From: Utricularia gibba
Lineage: Eukaryota > Plantae > Magnoliophyta
DNA length: 64,000 nucleotides
Direction: 5' to 3'
Assembly (NCBI GenBank): GCA_002189035.1
Contig: NEEC01000007.1
Span: 2,418,001-2,482,000, forward strand
Part shown: positions 50,704-62,116 of the stretch, in pieces
Layout of the letters: each line of letters starts with the position of its first letter
Numbering within the stretch: position 1 is the first letter of the stretch
Notes under the pieces: model-generated
The model's database searches: none
What the model saw: only the letters and a program-made list of their open reading frames with translations
What the model was told of the DNA's origin: nothing
Made by a program: the position numbers and the translations under genes

Positions 50704-52164
50704 CTTGTTGAATTTAGCACCATAAGTGTACCCTTCATATCCTCATTTGCTAGTTTCCCAGCATTCTTAGCTTCAAACTCTCCTTCACAACCACAATGAA
50801 ATTAGTTGTCTCATCATGGGATAGCCCATGTGCAAAATATGGGAAAAAAAAAGCTCTTTCATTGTTCTCTATGACCACTGATTTGGCTGGGGGCCAATGG
50901 GTGGGTGTTTTGATAGGAATAAAGCCAAATGGCCATCTTTTCCCATCCACCACATGTTTGTTGAAGAAAATTCAAGGCTACTCCAAGGAGGATGCTTGGG
51001 AATTGTTTAGCGTTTGCTTCGTTCTTTTTAATCTCTTGATTCAAGAGATTATGTATTCACATATATATTTAATTAGTGATTCATATTTAGTAGTCGAGGT
51101 TTTTCTCCGTATCAGAGTATTTCCCCGAAAACAATTCTTATCTTCAATTCCCTTTTCTTATTTCCTCACATGCTTAATTTGGGAGTTTGGGAATTTTTTC
51201 TGCCTACTTAAAGTCAATGCTCGTCGTTCAGTTTTTTGGTTTTAAGTAGCTTTCTTTCGCCGAAATGGGTGATGGAATACCATTACATTTCGACAAGTTA
51301 CATGTATCATTACAGGTCTTAGGGGAGGGGCCTCCTAACATCATGCACGTGTGTCGTTTGAAAGTAACAATTGTGGACAAGATTTGAAGACCAAATCTCA
51401 CTACGCAGGCACAAAGGCGAACTGAACCAGTTCGGGTTGCGTGGTACAAGGCATAACCTAGAGAACATCACAATCCGGCATCCAACTTGATTTAGTAACT
51501 TGCAAGAATGTAGGGCATTCAAACATTTTATGTGATATGATTATCTTAAGCGCGCAGGGTTTGTGTTAGGTCTTATTAGAGTATTTTTAGTGATTTCCAA
51601 AAATGCTTAATGTATTTTATTTATTAAGTTTACTAATTTACTTTATCAATTTTCGAAGACAAATAGAAAAATAATAGAAAAACCATGGAGTGAAATTTCT
51701 TGCGAAAGTCTAGTTTCCGAAAGAAAACGATACTTTCTTTTTTTGGTTTTCATAGAGTGAGTTTTTTTTTTAAATTATTTATTTTCGTAAAAATAATATT
51801 GGTTTCCAAAAAACCACATCAGCATTTCAGAAAACCGTTAAAAATACTCTTACATGTAAACTAGGGTGAGTATGCGTGCATTCGTGTCTATCACCAAGTC
51901 AATGTGCGAATGTGCAGACCACCAAATATATTAACTACAATCTTTCCTCCACAGTGGAATATAAATAGGTTTCAAGGAGGGGTGGTTTCTAATTTTTTTA
52001 AACTATTTTTTAATTATTTGTACCTGAAAACTCTAGGGAACCATGAGATGAGGATGCTGCACTATTTGGGCATTGTTTAGCCCACAGGGCTTTCTTGGTT
52101 TGAGTATCTGCACCTTCTATGTTGGATGCCCTACTTTGGACTTCCTTGACATTTGTATATGTTG

Positions 52165-54031
52165 GAAAAAACAATATAAATAATATTGTTCAATAAAATT
52201 ATTATATTAATAATGTTATGCATCACTAATAGTGGCACTTTGATATCCGCAATGAGTGGTTCCATCAATGATGGCGCCTTCTCTAGATAAGTCTCCATTA
52301 TTGATGGCGCCTTAGGTAAGACACCGTCCATGATGCGCCTTAGATAAGTCAACATGCGTGATGGCGCTTTACATCTGTTAATCTCATACTTTTAATTCTA
52401 TATATATCTCATATTTTCACATTTTTTTTCATTTATCTTCAAAGTTAAGTAGAATCGGAGTTGAAGAAAATTTTGGAAATATCGTTTTTTCATTTTATAT
52501 TATTATTATTTTTTTTTATATTTCATAATAATTATACAATAATTGATTACATATCATTGTTTTACCATTTCAGAATGGATAAATACACTAGCGATTTTTT
52601 TGATTTTTTGGGAATGTCATCCGATTTGTCCTACAATGAGGGTGAAAGTTCGCATACTCCTTCATGACCTTGCACTAATATGCCAAATGTCAATTATGGA
52701 GGTACTTATTTTATTACATATGTTAAGACATCCATTTTTTATATTTATAATAATTAATTGTATTGTAGGTGTATCTCCGAGTCTTCAATTATCATTATCT
52801 TTAAACCATGATAACAATCTAAGTGTGAACGTGGCTGAAGGATTCCCCATATAAGGTAATTTTAGTGAGATTAAGTCTTAATATATGAAATTATCATCAT
52901 TAATTGTTTTTTAAGATATTATCGACCTTGATGATGACGGTGGAGACACCGACTTGAGTGAGGATTCTGAAGCCCCACCAACAAATGTTTGTGAAGACAA
53001 AGCACCAGAGATCAGAATTGAGGCATAGAAACATCTTGGAGAGTGATCGTGGCCTCTCCACATGGTAAGAAGAAGGTGTGCGTCTCTTGACGTCATATCT
53101 CTACTAAAGCTGTGAATAAATTGGGGTCTGATTTCATTCGTAATGTCTTAAGAACTCCATAAAAACCCCAATCATCGAGATATCTCGCAGTCCTCTCCTC
53201 CCATAATCTGCCTGTCAAGAATTTGTAGCTGTGTTTGAATTGCATCGTTTTATGGTCTAATCCATGTAATAGACCATAAGTAATGTGTTGTTGATGCATA
53301 TCCAACAGACTTGGATCCTTAGGATCATGAACTCTTAAACGTGATAACATGTCAATCTACAAAAAAAACATTACATATTTGACAAGAAATAATATAATAA
53401 ATTAATAAATTAAATATATTAGTCAATAATAAAAATAATAATAATAACATATTATTCATAAAAAAAATCTTACGTCAATGTACAAAAAAATTTAAAACAA
53501 ATTGATAGATATCATATATGTAATAAAAAAACCATGACAAATTAATAAACAAAATAATTAATCAAACAATATAAAAAATTAAATAACTAACTTCATTGTT
53601 TTCATGCAATCAAAAAATTAAAATATCGAAACTTACAAATATAAAAAAATATATAAAAATTTCATAGTGTTACCCTTGTAATCAAAATGTTTTTTTATCA
53701 TAATTTACACTTGTAGAATATGAAGAACGATCAGGGTATTTATAAGAAGAATGTAATAATAGAACAAGTGAGCGTGACTGGGGAATGGAAGTGGAGCTTG
53801 GGCTCACTGCCATTGAGAGCACCGAGGCGCCATCATTGATGGTGCCATGCTGTGTGGACTCCGAGGCACCATCACTGATGACGTTCTCCAACATACGGTT
53901 TTAAAGCGCTATCATTGGTGACGTGTATTTCTAAAGTGACATTAATAATAGCATGATAGACAAAGCACTATCACTAATCACGTATACTATTATTAATATA
54001 TTATATTTATTAATCAATATTATTTATGTTC
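52165..54031. mobile_element. Non-autonomous Mutator-like element (MULE) with long decayed TIRs
   Basis: The left ~200 bp aligns with the reverse complement of the right ~200 bp (ataaataatattg..aataaa..tatattaataat). Sub-repeats are TGATGGCGCC on the left (52269, 52301, ~52359) and GGCGCCATCA on the right (53826, 53865). Contains a PMD fragment. Ends are approximate; TSD not clean. Confidence 0.72.
53000..53350 (-). pseudogene. Decayed plant mobile domain (PMD, aminotransferase-like/MAIN-like) coding fragment inside the MULE
   Basis: Translates ...DPKDPSLLDMHQQHIT...NLFTALVEI*RQETHTFFLPCGEATITLQDV, the PMD signature ALVERWRxETHTFHLPxGExTITLQDV with Trp replaced by TGA; truncated soon after. 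Confidence 0.85.
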
Positions 54032-54039
54032 TAATAGTT

Positions 54040-54712
54040 GGTATTGGGATCTACAATGGGGTTACTATTCAGGCTCTTGATTGTGGTTAGTCACTCCCTA
54101 CGCACTATCCAATCAATCACTCATGTCTTGTTGTGTCCCATCTAAGCACTCATTCTAACACTGTTCTGGAACCATCTAGGCATTTGCCCTTACCCACATT
54201 AGTGGTACTCTTCAATTGCTGCACTTGTCTCCAAGTATAAGGAAGGGTTTAGGGTTCAAACCAAAGAAGAGTGTAATGATATTAAATGAATTCCATATCG
54301 ATTACAGATGGAATAAAAAAATAATTTTAATAAAGATATTTTCGCTAATCTTATATAAGATCTTTTATCTGAAAACATTAGAATTAAGTACTCAAAATTG
54401 TGAAAGTAGAGAGTGGATCATTGCATTATTTAAATACTAGATGGTAAGCCAAACATCTTCATAAGTGACACCTCAACTGGTGCTTCATGAGCTAGGCTTG
54501 ACTTTCACTTCTCATTTAGGCTTTCATCATGAAGGTGGCTTTTCCTAGGTACTTCTATTTGAAAATGTATCTAGGAAAGCACTTCTTATCTAGGTCTTCT
54601 TTTCAAATAAACATATACTCGATACTTTCTTCGATAGTTTATCTTCTTGAGCACTTACTTCCCTAATCTTCCTTATGAAAGGCTTTTCTCTAGTACTTCC
54701 TTACTTGCAACA
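54040..54712. mobile_element. Possible LTR-retrotransposon remnant
   Basis: Non-coding, LTR-like composition ending in ...TGCAACA. Boundaries and partner LTR not identified. Confidence 0.25.
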
Positions 54713-55100
54713 TAATCCATTATTACAATGGGGATGTCTAATAGTGATAGGCTATGTGTCTTAAATACAGACACCAGCGACTTTTTGGCTGTCATTACTC
54801 TGATATAAAAGCTAGGTTTGCTTTGAACTACGCACAACCTGAAACGACTGTGGGGAAAACCCATCATTCCCTTCTGATAAAATGTGAAGGAAAATGAGGC
54901 AGCCAGTTGAATGAAAGCTAACTGTTTTAACAACGAGCTTGTTCGTTTGCATTTTTAGCAATTTCATTGTTTGGTTTTCGATGATGAGAAACGAAGTTTT
55001 GAATGAGTGTTGGAAAATTTGAATAGAATGAGACTAATCAGTTGAATGGCATGTTCAATCCCAAGTTTTCAGATGAGTAACAGAAAACCCTGGCAGTGTT

Positions 55101-56157
55101 TCAAGGTTTTTGGTAGTGAAAAAACTGTGAACTTGCACAATTAAAACCTGAGAATGGATTAGGGCTAGGGTAATGAGGAGAAGTTGCACCAGTGGCGCTA
55201 CCGGCTGTAGCCGCCAGAAAGTGAGGCTGCTGAAGTAAGCCAGCGGCTGCTGCGGAGGAGGAACTCCCTCCAGTGAGAAATTTCACCGGTCCGGCTGTTT
55301 CAGGAGGACCCTGGTCGTATAATATTCCGGTGAAAACGTGGCCGGAGATGTTAACAGATGTCTGGTATGCATACTGATCCACCATACTGTCAATAGAGCT
55401 CACTCTAACGCATCGGAAAACCGCCGGAAAACTCACTTCTTCTGGAAACTCCCTTCCTTCTACCACAAAACAAAAACAAACACATTAAAACAACCAAAAG
55501 AAGCCACTAGCTAACTAGGTAGTTTTCAGAAATGCTAATCTTTAAGATTGTAGTTTTAGAATAGCAACATAAAAAAAAAAAAAAAAAACAACTATCAGAG
55601 ATTTTCCCAGATCTCTTGTTCAGACAGATATTGCGGGTCAGGGCAGCGTAGGTTACTGTGTCTAGGGTTTTTGCTTGAGTGAACAGTGTGCTGCTGCTAC
55701 AATGAAAGTGAGATTTCACACCAAGAACGAAACACAGTTTTTATGACGTTAAAACAAAAAAAAATTATTACAGCGTGAAAAAAGTGTGAGAGGAATCTGG
55801 AACACTGAAGAGATGAGATAAAATCAAGTATCCTGAAAAGAAAAAGGATGTACCTAAAAATGCCGGTGGTTGATTTTCTCTGTATTTCTTAGGGTTTGGG
55901 TGATCGGAAGGCTGCTGATGGTGGTGGTGTATGAGAAGGTGCCGGGGGCGGCGGCGAGCTACGGGGATCCAAGTGCTTTTGATGTGTGTGAGGCACTGGA
56001 AGCCACGGCTTCTACAGCAAGTTCTGCATCTCAAATGCTCGCAATCCTTCTTCGCTTGATTTCCACAGTCTTGGCATCGGCTGCTGGATACCGATGAACA
56101 ACTGTTCATTGCTTCTGCTTCTTCTCCTCCTCCTCCTCCTCCTCCTCCGCTCATCAT
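55101..56157 (-). CDS. SRS: SHI/STY (SHI-RELATED SEQUENCE) transcription factor, 2 exons (56157-55854, 55459-55101)
   Basis: RING-like zinc finger [38 protein letters not shown] and C-terminal domain [16 protein letters not shown]...[22 protein letters not shown] (IGGH motif reads ISGH). Confidence 0.95.
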
Positions 56158-59100
56158 ACCAAAGAACAAGACCTAACTCTTCTGCTGGACAAAGAACCCA
56201 CAAAAACAAAAGGGATACAGCAGCGACGTCGCTCTCAAAGTACAGCAAAAGATGTGAATGTTAATCAGACAAACAAGGTCTGATTGATTGTTTGTGAGGT
56301 GATTTTTCATCATTTTTTTCGAGGGTTTTCACCCCCTGCATTATGTTGTTGTACTTACCTGCAACGAAAGAAGAGAAAAACAAATGCATTGGACCCCCGA
56401 AACAAACCAATGGCAGTAGGGCACCTGTTTATTCGGCAAACACTTTACTGTGGTGAAGGTTCATCTCTTTCACCATGCTAGTTTTTGCTACTATGTAATA
56501 CTTGTCTATGTATGTTTTTGATTTCAGCTGAAATTACTGCTGTAAAAACATTGAATTACTATTCGACCTAATTCTTCGATGATGGGATTTTTTTTTGAGG
56601 GTGACACCCACCCCCAAAGATCACACAGCAGAGCAAAACAGTAAATCGAACCCAGAAAGCAATTGGACAACTGTGCATGCATAGAACTAGAAAGAACCCT
56701 CTGGCACAGTAATGTAATCCAATAAATAATGTATACAAACTGAAACTTGTCCTTCCTCTCATAATATGGGAGGCCGAATCAAATTTTTATTACATAAAAA
56801 CAAGGTTACAAGATGACTGGATCAAGAACCCATTTCATGTTTCAATTAGAGGGTGATGATTAAAGCTGCGCCTGGTTTCTTTTGCTCAAATCAAAAGCTT
56901 TGCGTTACCATCTGCTGCTGCTAGTGCGTGTAACTTGGCATCTCCTCTGGAGAGTGCATCCTTGAAACCGGGGCTGAGTTCTGTGTGACTGACAGATTTC
57001 ACTTGACACCACCGCACTTCTGAAGGTAGCTGAATTCCTAGCTGCATTCCCCCCTTCTCTTCTGGCCTTCAAACTCTAATTAGCAACTAGATGAAGGGAT
57101 AATAGTAGCTTCGAGAACAGTACTTTTATTTAATACATCTGGGGAAAACCAAATCTCTCTCAGAAATTTTGTTGAGTTGAGCCTTGAAGAGCTGATCCTA
57201 CTGTTGGGAATACTTGTGCTTGTGTGTGTTGTCTCCCAGACAATACACCAAAAAATGACCTATTTCATTACTGTAATTCTTCTTGGACTATAACCAGTCT
57301 AAGTCAGCTTCCTATTGTCGGGAACACTTGTATGTCGTACTTGAGGAAGATCATACCTTTCCAAATCCTTACATCTCGCATTCATTTGTATTTTTCCAAA
57401 TGTCTTTCATGAACTTTTATGCAACTATTGAACAAAAACAAGAACTGATGACTAAAGAAACTAAATCATTCCTTCCTAGACATGAGCCTGCGACTTAGAA
57501 CCATCTAGTGAGATCAGTCATGGCTAACTTCTGATAGTTAGAATAAGGAAACGAGTCTTTGCTGATGTGGTTAAACTCAAATACTACATACATAATTCAA
57601 GCAATGGAGAAGTGGGTGGTGGCCCAAACTTCAGGTGTTGAAAAAGCGCAGAAAGCAAGTGGTGGCAGTGTGTTTTGAATGGATGGAGGAAAAAGCAAGC
57701 ATTGAAAGGGAGGCTCGAAAACCCTAGTTCTTTACACCAGCAAGGCATTATTTTTGACTGCCCAGTGGATGAAACCAGGGACTGAGGGGCACCAAACTCA
57801 ACCACATGGGGTTTCTGAGGAAGACGAGCAGCGCCTACTTTAGCCTCCAGAGGCCTAATACCTAATTCAGATGACAAAACATTCTACAGTAAACTGAATG
57901 GAACAAGGAACCAGAGACTGGTTTGAAGAAGGGACCAGATCTTTCGAGAAAGTGAACTCTGGTTTGGGATTTAATAGAACAACAAAATGTACCCAATTTG
58001 AACTTTGTTTCCTTCCTTCAATCTCCAGTGGGCTATTCAAAGATTCTTTCGATATTAACATATCACAGTTATTCAACTAACTTTACTCTATGCTGCTGGG
58101 TTACCCCAAGATGAATGTTTACTCAAGGATTCCATTATCAAAATAATTCTAACATTAAAGAAGAGTTGATTATAAAATTATTAGATCATATTTGTAGGTT
58201 TGTTACATATTCAAATACATGTGTGTATTCAGGATCCAATGAATTACATAAGTACACGTGAAATTTCAAATACACAATAAATATAAATCATATTTTAAAA
58301 AAACTAAGTCTAACAAATTATTGGTAATCTGTAATTTTTTTATAAAATTGATTATTTTATTTTTAAATCTCAATATGAGATTGTTTATTTTAATAGATTG
58401 ATGAAAATTGATTTGTAAAATACTATGAGTTTTCTTGGACTGACCAAGTGGTTGCTGCATGCTATATTAGAACTGTATTTGTTGAGGTTTAGTTGAAGGA
58501 AAAGTTGTTCCTTGGAGTGTTTCTTTGTTTATTCTAACAACAGGGATGAAGACGAAGATGATCTACTTGGGATGGATACGTGCGGCAAGAAAATTGGGCC
58601 CAGAGTATTACAACTAGTTGTGACCTGAGCCGAAACCTCGTCGTATGTTACTATTAGGTCCCATCCCGACACAAACCGTCGGAAGTTCCGATTTCGGATT
58701 ATTTCAAACTGTGTGGAAACCACAGTTCGGAATGTAAGGAAATAGCACAGCACACGTACCATTTCAGAAAGGCAAGCAGTTAACAGCATACTATCAACTG
58801 TCAAGAATCTGAATAAATGACAGGTACGAAGAATGCAAAGAGTGTAAGGAATCAGTTGTCATATTTTGATTGAATTCCAAGGAGGTAAAGTATTTTTCAA
58901 ATCGTTTCAAAGGATGATGTTGTAGCAGATTAAGCCCACAACGGAATCAAGATGAGATATAGATATAGACACATTCTCCCACACAAATAAGATCATCAAA
59001 AATTAAAAGAGTTATAAAGGTTGTCATATGTCGCACTATGGGTTATTTAGAGTTGAAAAAAATAAACGCTTTAGACAAGTCGAATGTTCATCATTAGATT

Positions 59101-59746
59101 CATTAGAGAAGTTACAGTATATCGAACAAAGGTACCATCATATTTAGTGCTTTAAGTTAGTACAAATGATCAATTTAGGGTTCAGATATGTCTCTTTGAC
59201 TTGTGTATTTAGTTGATGAAATGTCGCAAGGTGTGTGGAGCTGGTGATTGGATTGTATATGGGGAGAGTCAAAGGACCAAAATGCAAAAACCGAAGAACA
59301 AGGAAGGCTTAGGACAACTCAACAACTAGAAAACATGCACAACTCTTCCTTGTTAGTGATGAGAAATCGTTTGTGTCATCTCAAGACATAATTTAATTCA
59401 ATTAAAAAAAATAAAAAAATTAATGAATCTACGAATTGAATTGAGTAATTAATTTTTTATATTCGTCTGATTTAATCGATTAATTGAATATAATTTGATA
59501 TTTATTTATTTTTATGTCCGAAGGAGGAGTATTTTGTGGCCGATGATGCCCTCCAAATTTCAACACGTGGGCGTTCCTTGGAAGAACGGTTGGGGATGAA
59601 ATGAGACAGACAGACTATGGCAGCAAATCGACACGACGACAGGAGCACATGATGTTGAACTCTACACTAACAACGATTCTGGGCTTGTCCTTTATTTAAC
59701 GAAAGCTGGTAACTCTAATGCTCCTCCTTGGTTCAGGCGTGGGGAA

Positions 59747-60727
59747 TCAGGGGAGGAAATGGCTTCGGCTTATGGAACAAGGGGAGTGGCTTCTTGAACC
59801 AGGGGAATGGCTTCTTGAACCACGGATGTTCCTTGTGGAATGGATGCTTGAAGAACGGGAACGGCTTTTTCACCGGCACCGGGGGATGACCTCCGCCTTG
59901 TGATGCTTCTTCACCACCACCGGGGGCTTCTTCGCCACCACCGGAGGCTTTTTAACCACCACCGGAGGGTGCTTCTTGACCACGGCGACTGGGGGTGCTC
60001 GTTGACGACAGGATGCTTTGGCAAATGCTTGTGCTTAAAGAAAGGATGATGAAACCACAAGGGGTGGCCCAATTTGAGGAACGGCTTCTCTGGGAAGGCG
60101 CTTTTCTTCCAGGGGAGTTTCGGCAGTGGTGGGTAGTTGAAAACTGGCCACAGGAGTTTGGAAGTGCACAATGCAGTTGAGAATTTGAGGTTCTTAGCTG
60201 GTCCGAACACGAGCTTGCCGTCTTCTGCAGACTTTAACTCTAACTTGGCGGCGTCGATGCCTTGGTGCATCGGGCACGGCGCTGCTGCCGCGCTGTGAAG
60301 CTGCGCGAAGCAGTCCTGCTTGAGCTTCTTCCCCGTCTCGTCCACGGCTTGTCTGGGAAGAGCGACAGCGAAACTGCCGTTTTCATCCAGTTCACCTGAT
60401 GCAACTCTTTCCATCTCATCCCCCTCGTTAGCAACCTTGCAGTCGATGCTCACCAACAACCCTACACAACATCAGTTCAACAAATGCAGCTGATTCGCTA
60501 TGCATTCTTCCACATTCCCTTAATCACAGCAATGCAATCTCACCTGGGAAAGCATCGCTGGTTCTGTAGTTATTCTTCTGGCAGTCGGCACATTCTCCAA
60601 AGCCAGCAACATGGAATGACGTCGTCTCCCCATCGGCCGCAGCGAAACAGAGGCCTGCCGGAGCAACAACCGCGATCAGCAGCAAGGAGAGCACAAAGGA
60701 GCCCCGCACCTGAGACATCACCCCCAT
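59747..60727 (-). CDS. PRP: Proline-rich cell-wall protein with Pollen Ole e 1 domain (PRP2/PRP4-like), 2 exons (60727-60544, 60461-59747), two apparent frameshifts
   Basis: Signal peptide, VAGFGECADC...SIDCK...CFAQLHSAAAAPCP, then KKPPVVV and KKPFPW repeats that read through only after adding one base at G5 59991-59995 and G5 59881-59885. TATA near 60786-60794. Confidence 0.85.
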
Positions 60728-62116
60728 TTGGAGCATTGGGTATCCCGGAGAGACGATGGATGCACAACAGCGTATCCGCAGCAGGATATATATAGACAGA
60801 TATTGCGTCCAAGGAAGGAAGCCATGCCCATTCTCTTCACCTTCTCAGTTGTGCTTGCAATTAGTTACACAACATAAATGTGTTCAATCATTATTGTGTC
60901 GCTTGTTGACCACCGAACAGATGTGTCACAAACACAATTCACTGCCGTTAGTTGGTCAAATAATGACTAGGAGATGACCAGTCAAAATTATTCATAAAAA
61001 CAAAAAAAAAAAGAAAAAACAGACACAAAAGTTTTAGTGACGAAGTTCAATGTGGGCATTAGAAGTAAAGTTTTATCCTACGTTGAAAATGCCTATAATT
61101 TTTATTTTTGAAAATATTTTGAGTATATATTTAATTTATAAACCAAGGAATTGGATTGGGTGAAGAGGTGTATTATAAAATTAATCATCGTAAATATAAA
61201 ATTTTATTTGTACCGTGAGATGCATGTCCAATTCCATAATTGACCCGTGGGTGAGATGAGTGAGACTGCATTTAATTAATAGATGTACCGTACACAACCG
61301 CACAATTAAGGAGCCGTTCGTTGATCAAGTGGTCTCCGTCTCTGCGGAACCGTTGCCGGTCTTCCGACCGCTCAAAGCATTATTTCTAATTTTCTTTTTT
61401 TCTTTTTTTTTGGTGATGATATTCATTCCCTTTTTTACAATTATTTTTATCATTAAATATTAAAATTTTATGTTGTAATAAAAGTAAAAATCTAAAATCT
61501 TTTTCTATTTCTATTAAACTATAAAATTTCAACTATTATTTTATCAAATTAATTTTTAAAGCTAACTCGTCAAAAGGGAATTGCTTAAGTCATGTTTGAT
61601 GATTATATCGATATATATTATTTCAGTATAAATTTATCCATGATACTAGGATAAATATAAAAAGAATTGTTATATGTGATAAATATATGCTTATAGGAGT
61701 AAATAAATGTATCGAAAAAAATTATACCAATCACCAAACATGAAAATGGAACACCAAACATAGACTTAAGGGATAATGGAACACGAAGGCAACCACTTGT
61801 AGGTTCTTGTGATAAAGTGAGGGGAGAAAGTTGAACGACACCCTCAAGAGCAGTTGTGTTGAACACAACTCGCATTCATAGGAGCGAGGTGGAGCAGCAT
61901 CCATCAGTCTTGAAAGGATTACGGTACAGAAATCCAACAAAAAGCACGTGTTTTACTACAAAAAATGTGGAGTTCATTTCGGACTGGGGGCGCGGCTCAA
62001 GTTACAACAGCAAGGCTGATCTTGGCAGGCGAATTTCAGATTTTGAAAGCTATGCCGAACGGAAGTGGTGCCGTCGAAGACAAAAGTACAACAAGGTTCA
62101 GATGGAAATAAAGGGC

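Noticed and set aside
57584-58076. 97-aa and 69-aa ORFs upstream of the SRS gene
   Set aside because: No recognisable homology or splice structure; likely regulatory DNA.
58960-59300. Possible Copia 3' remnant (PPT-like GTGGGAGAATG on the minus strand)
   Set aside because: Only a short purine tract supports it; no LTR pair or coding remnant.
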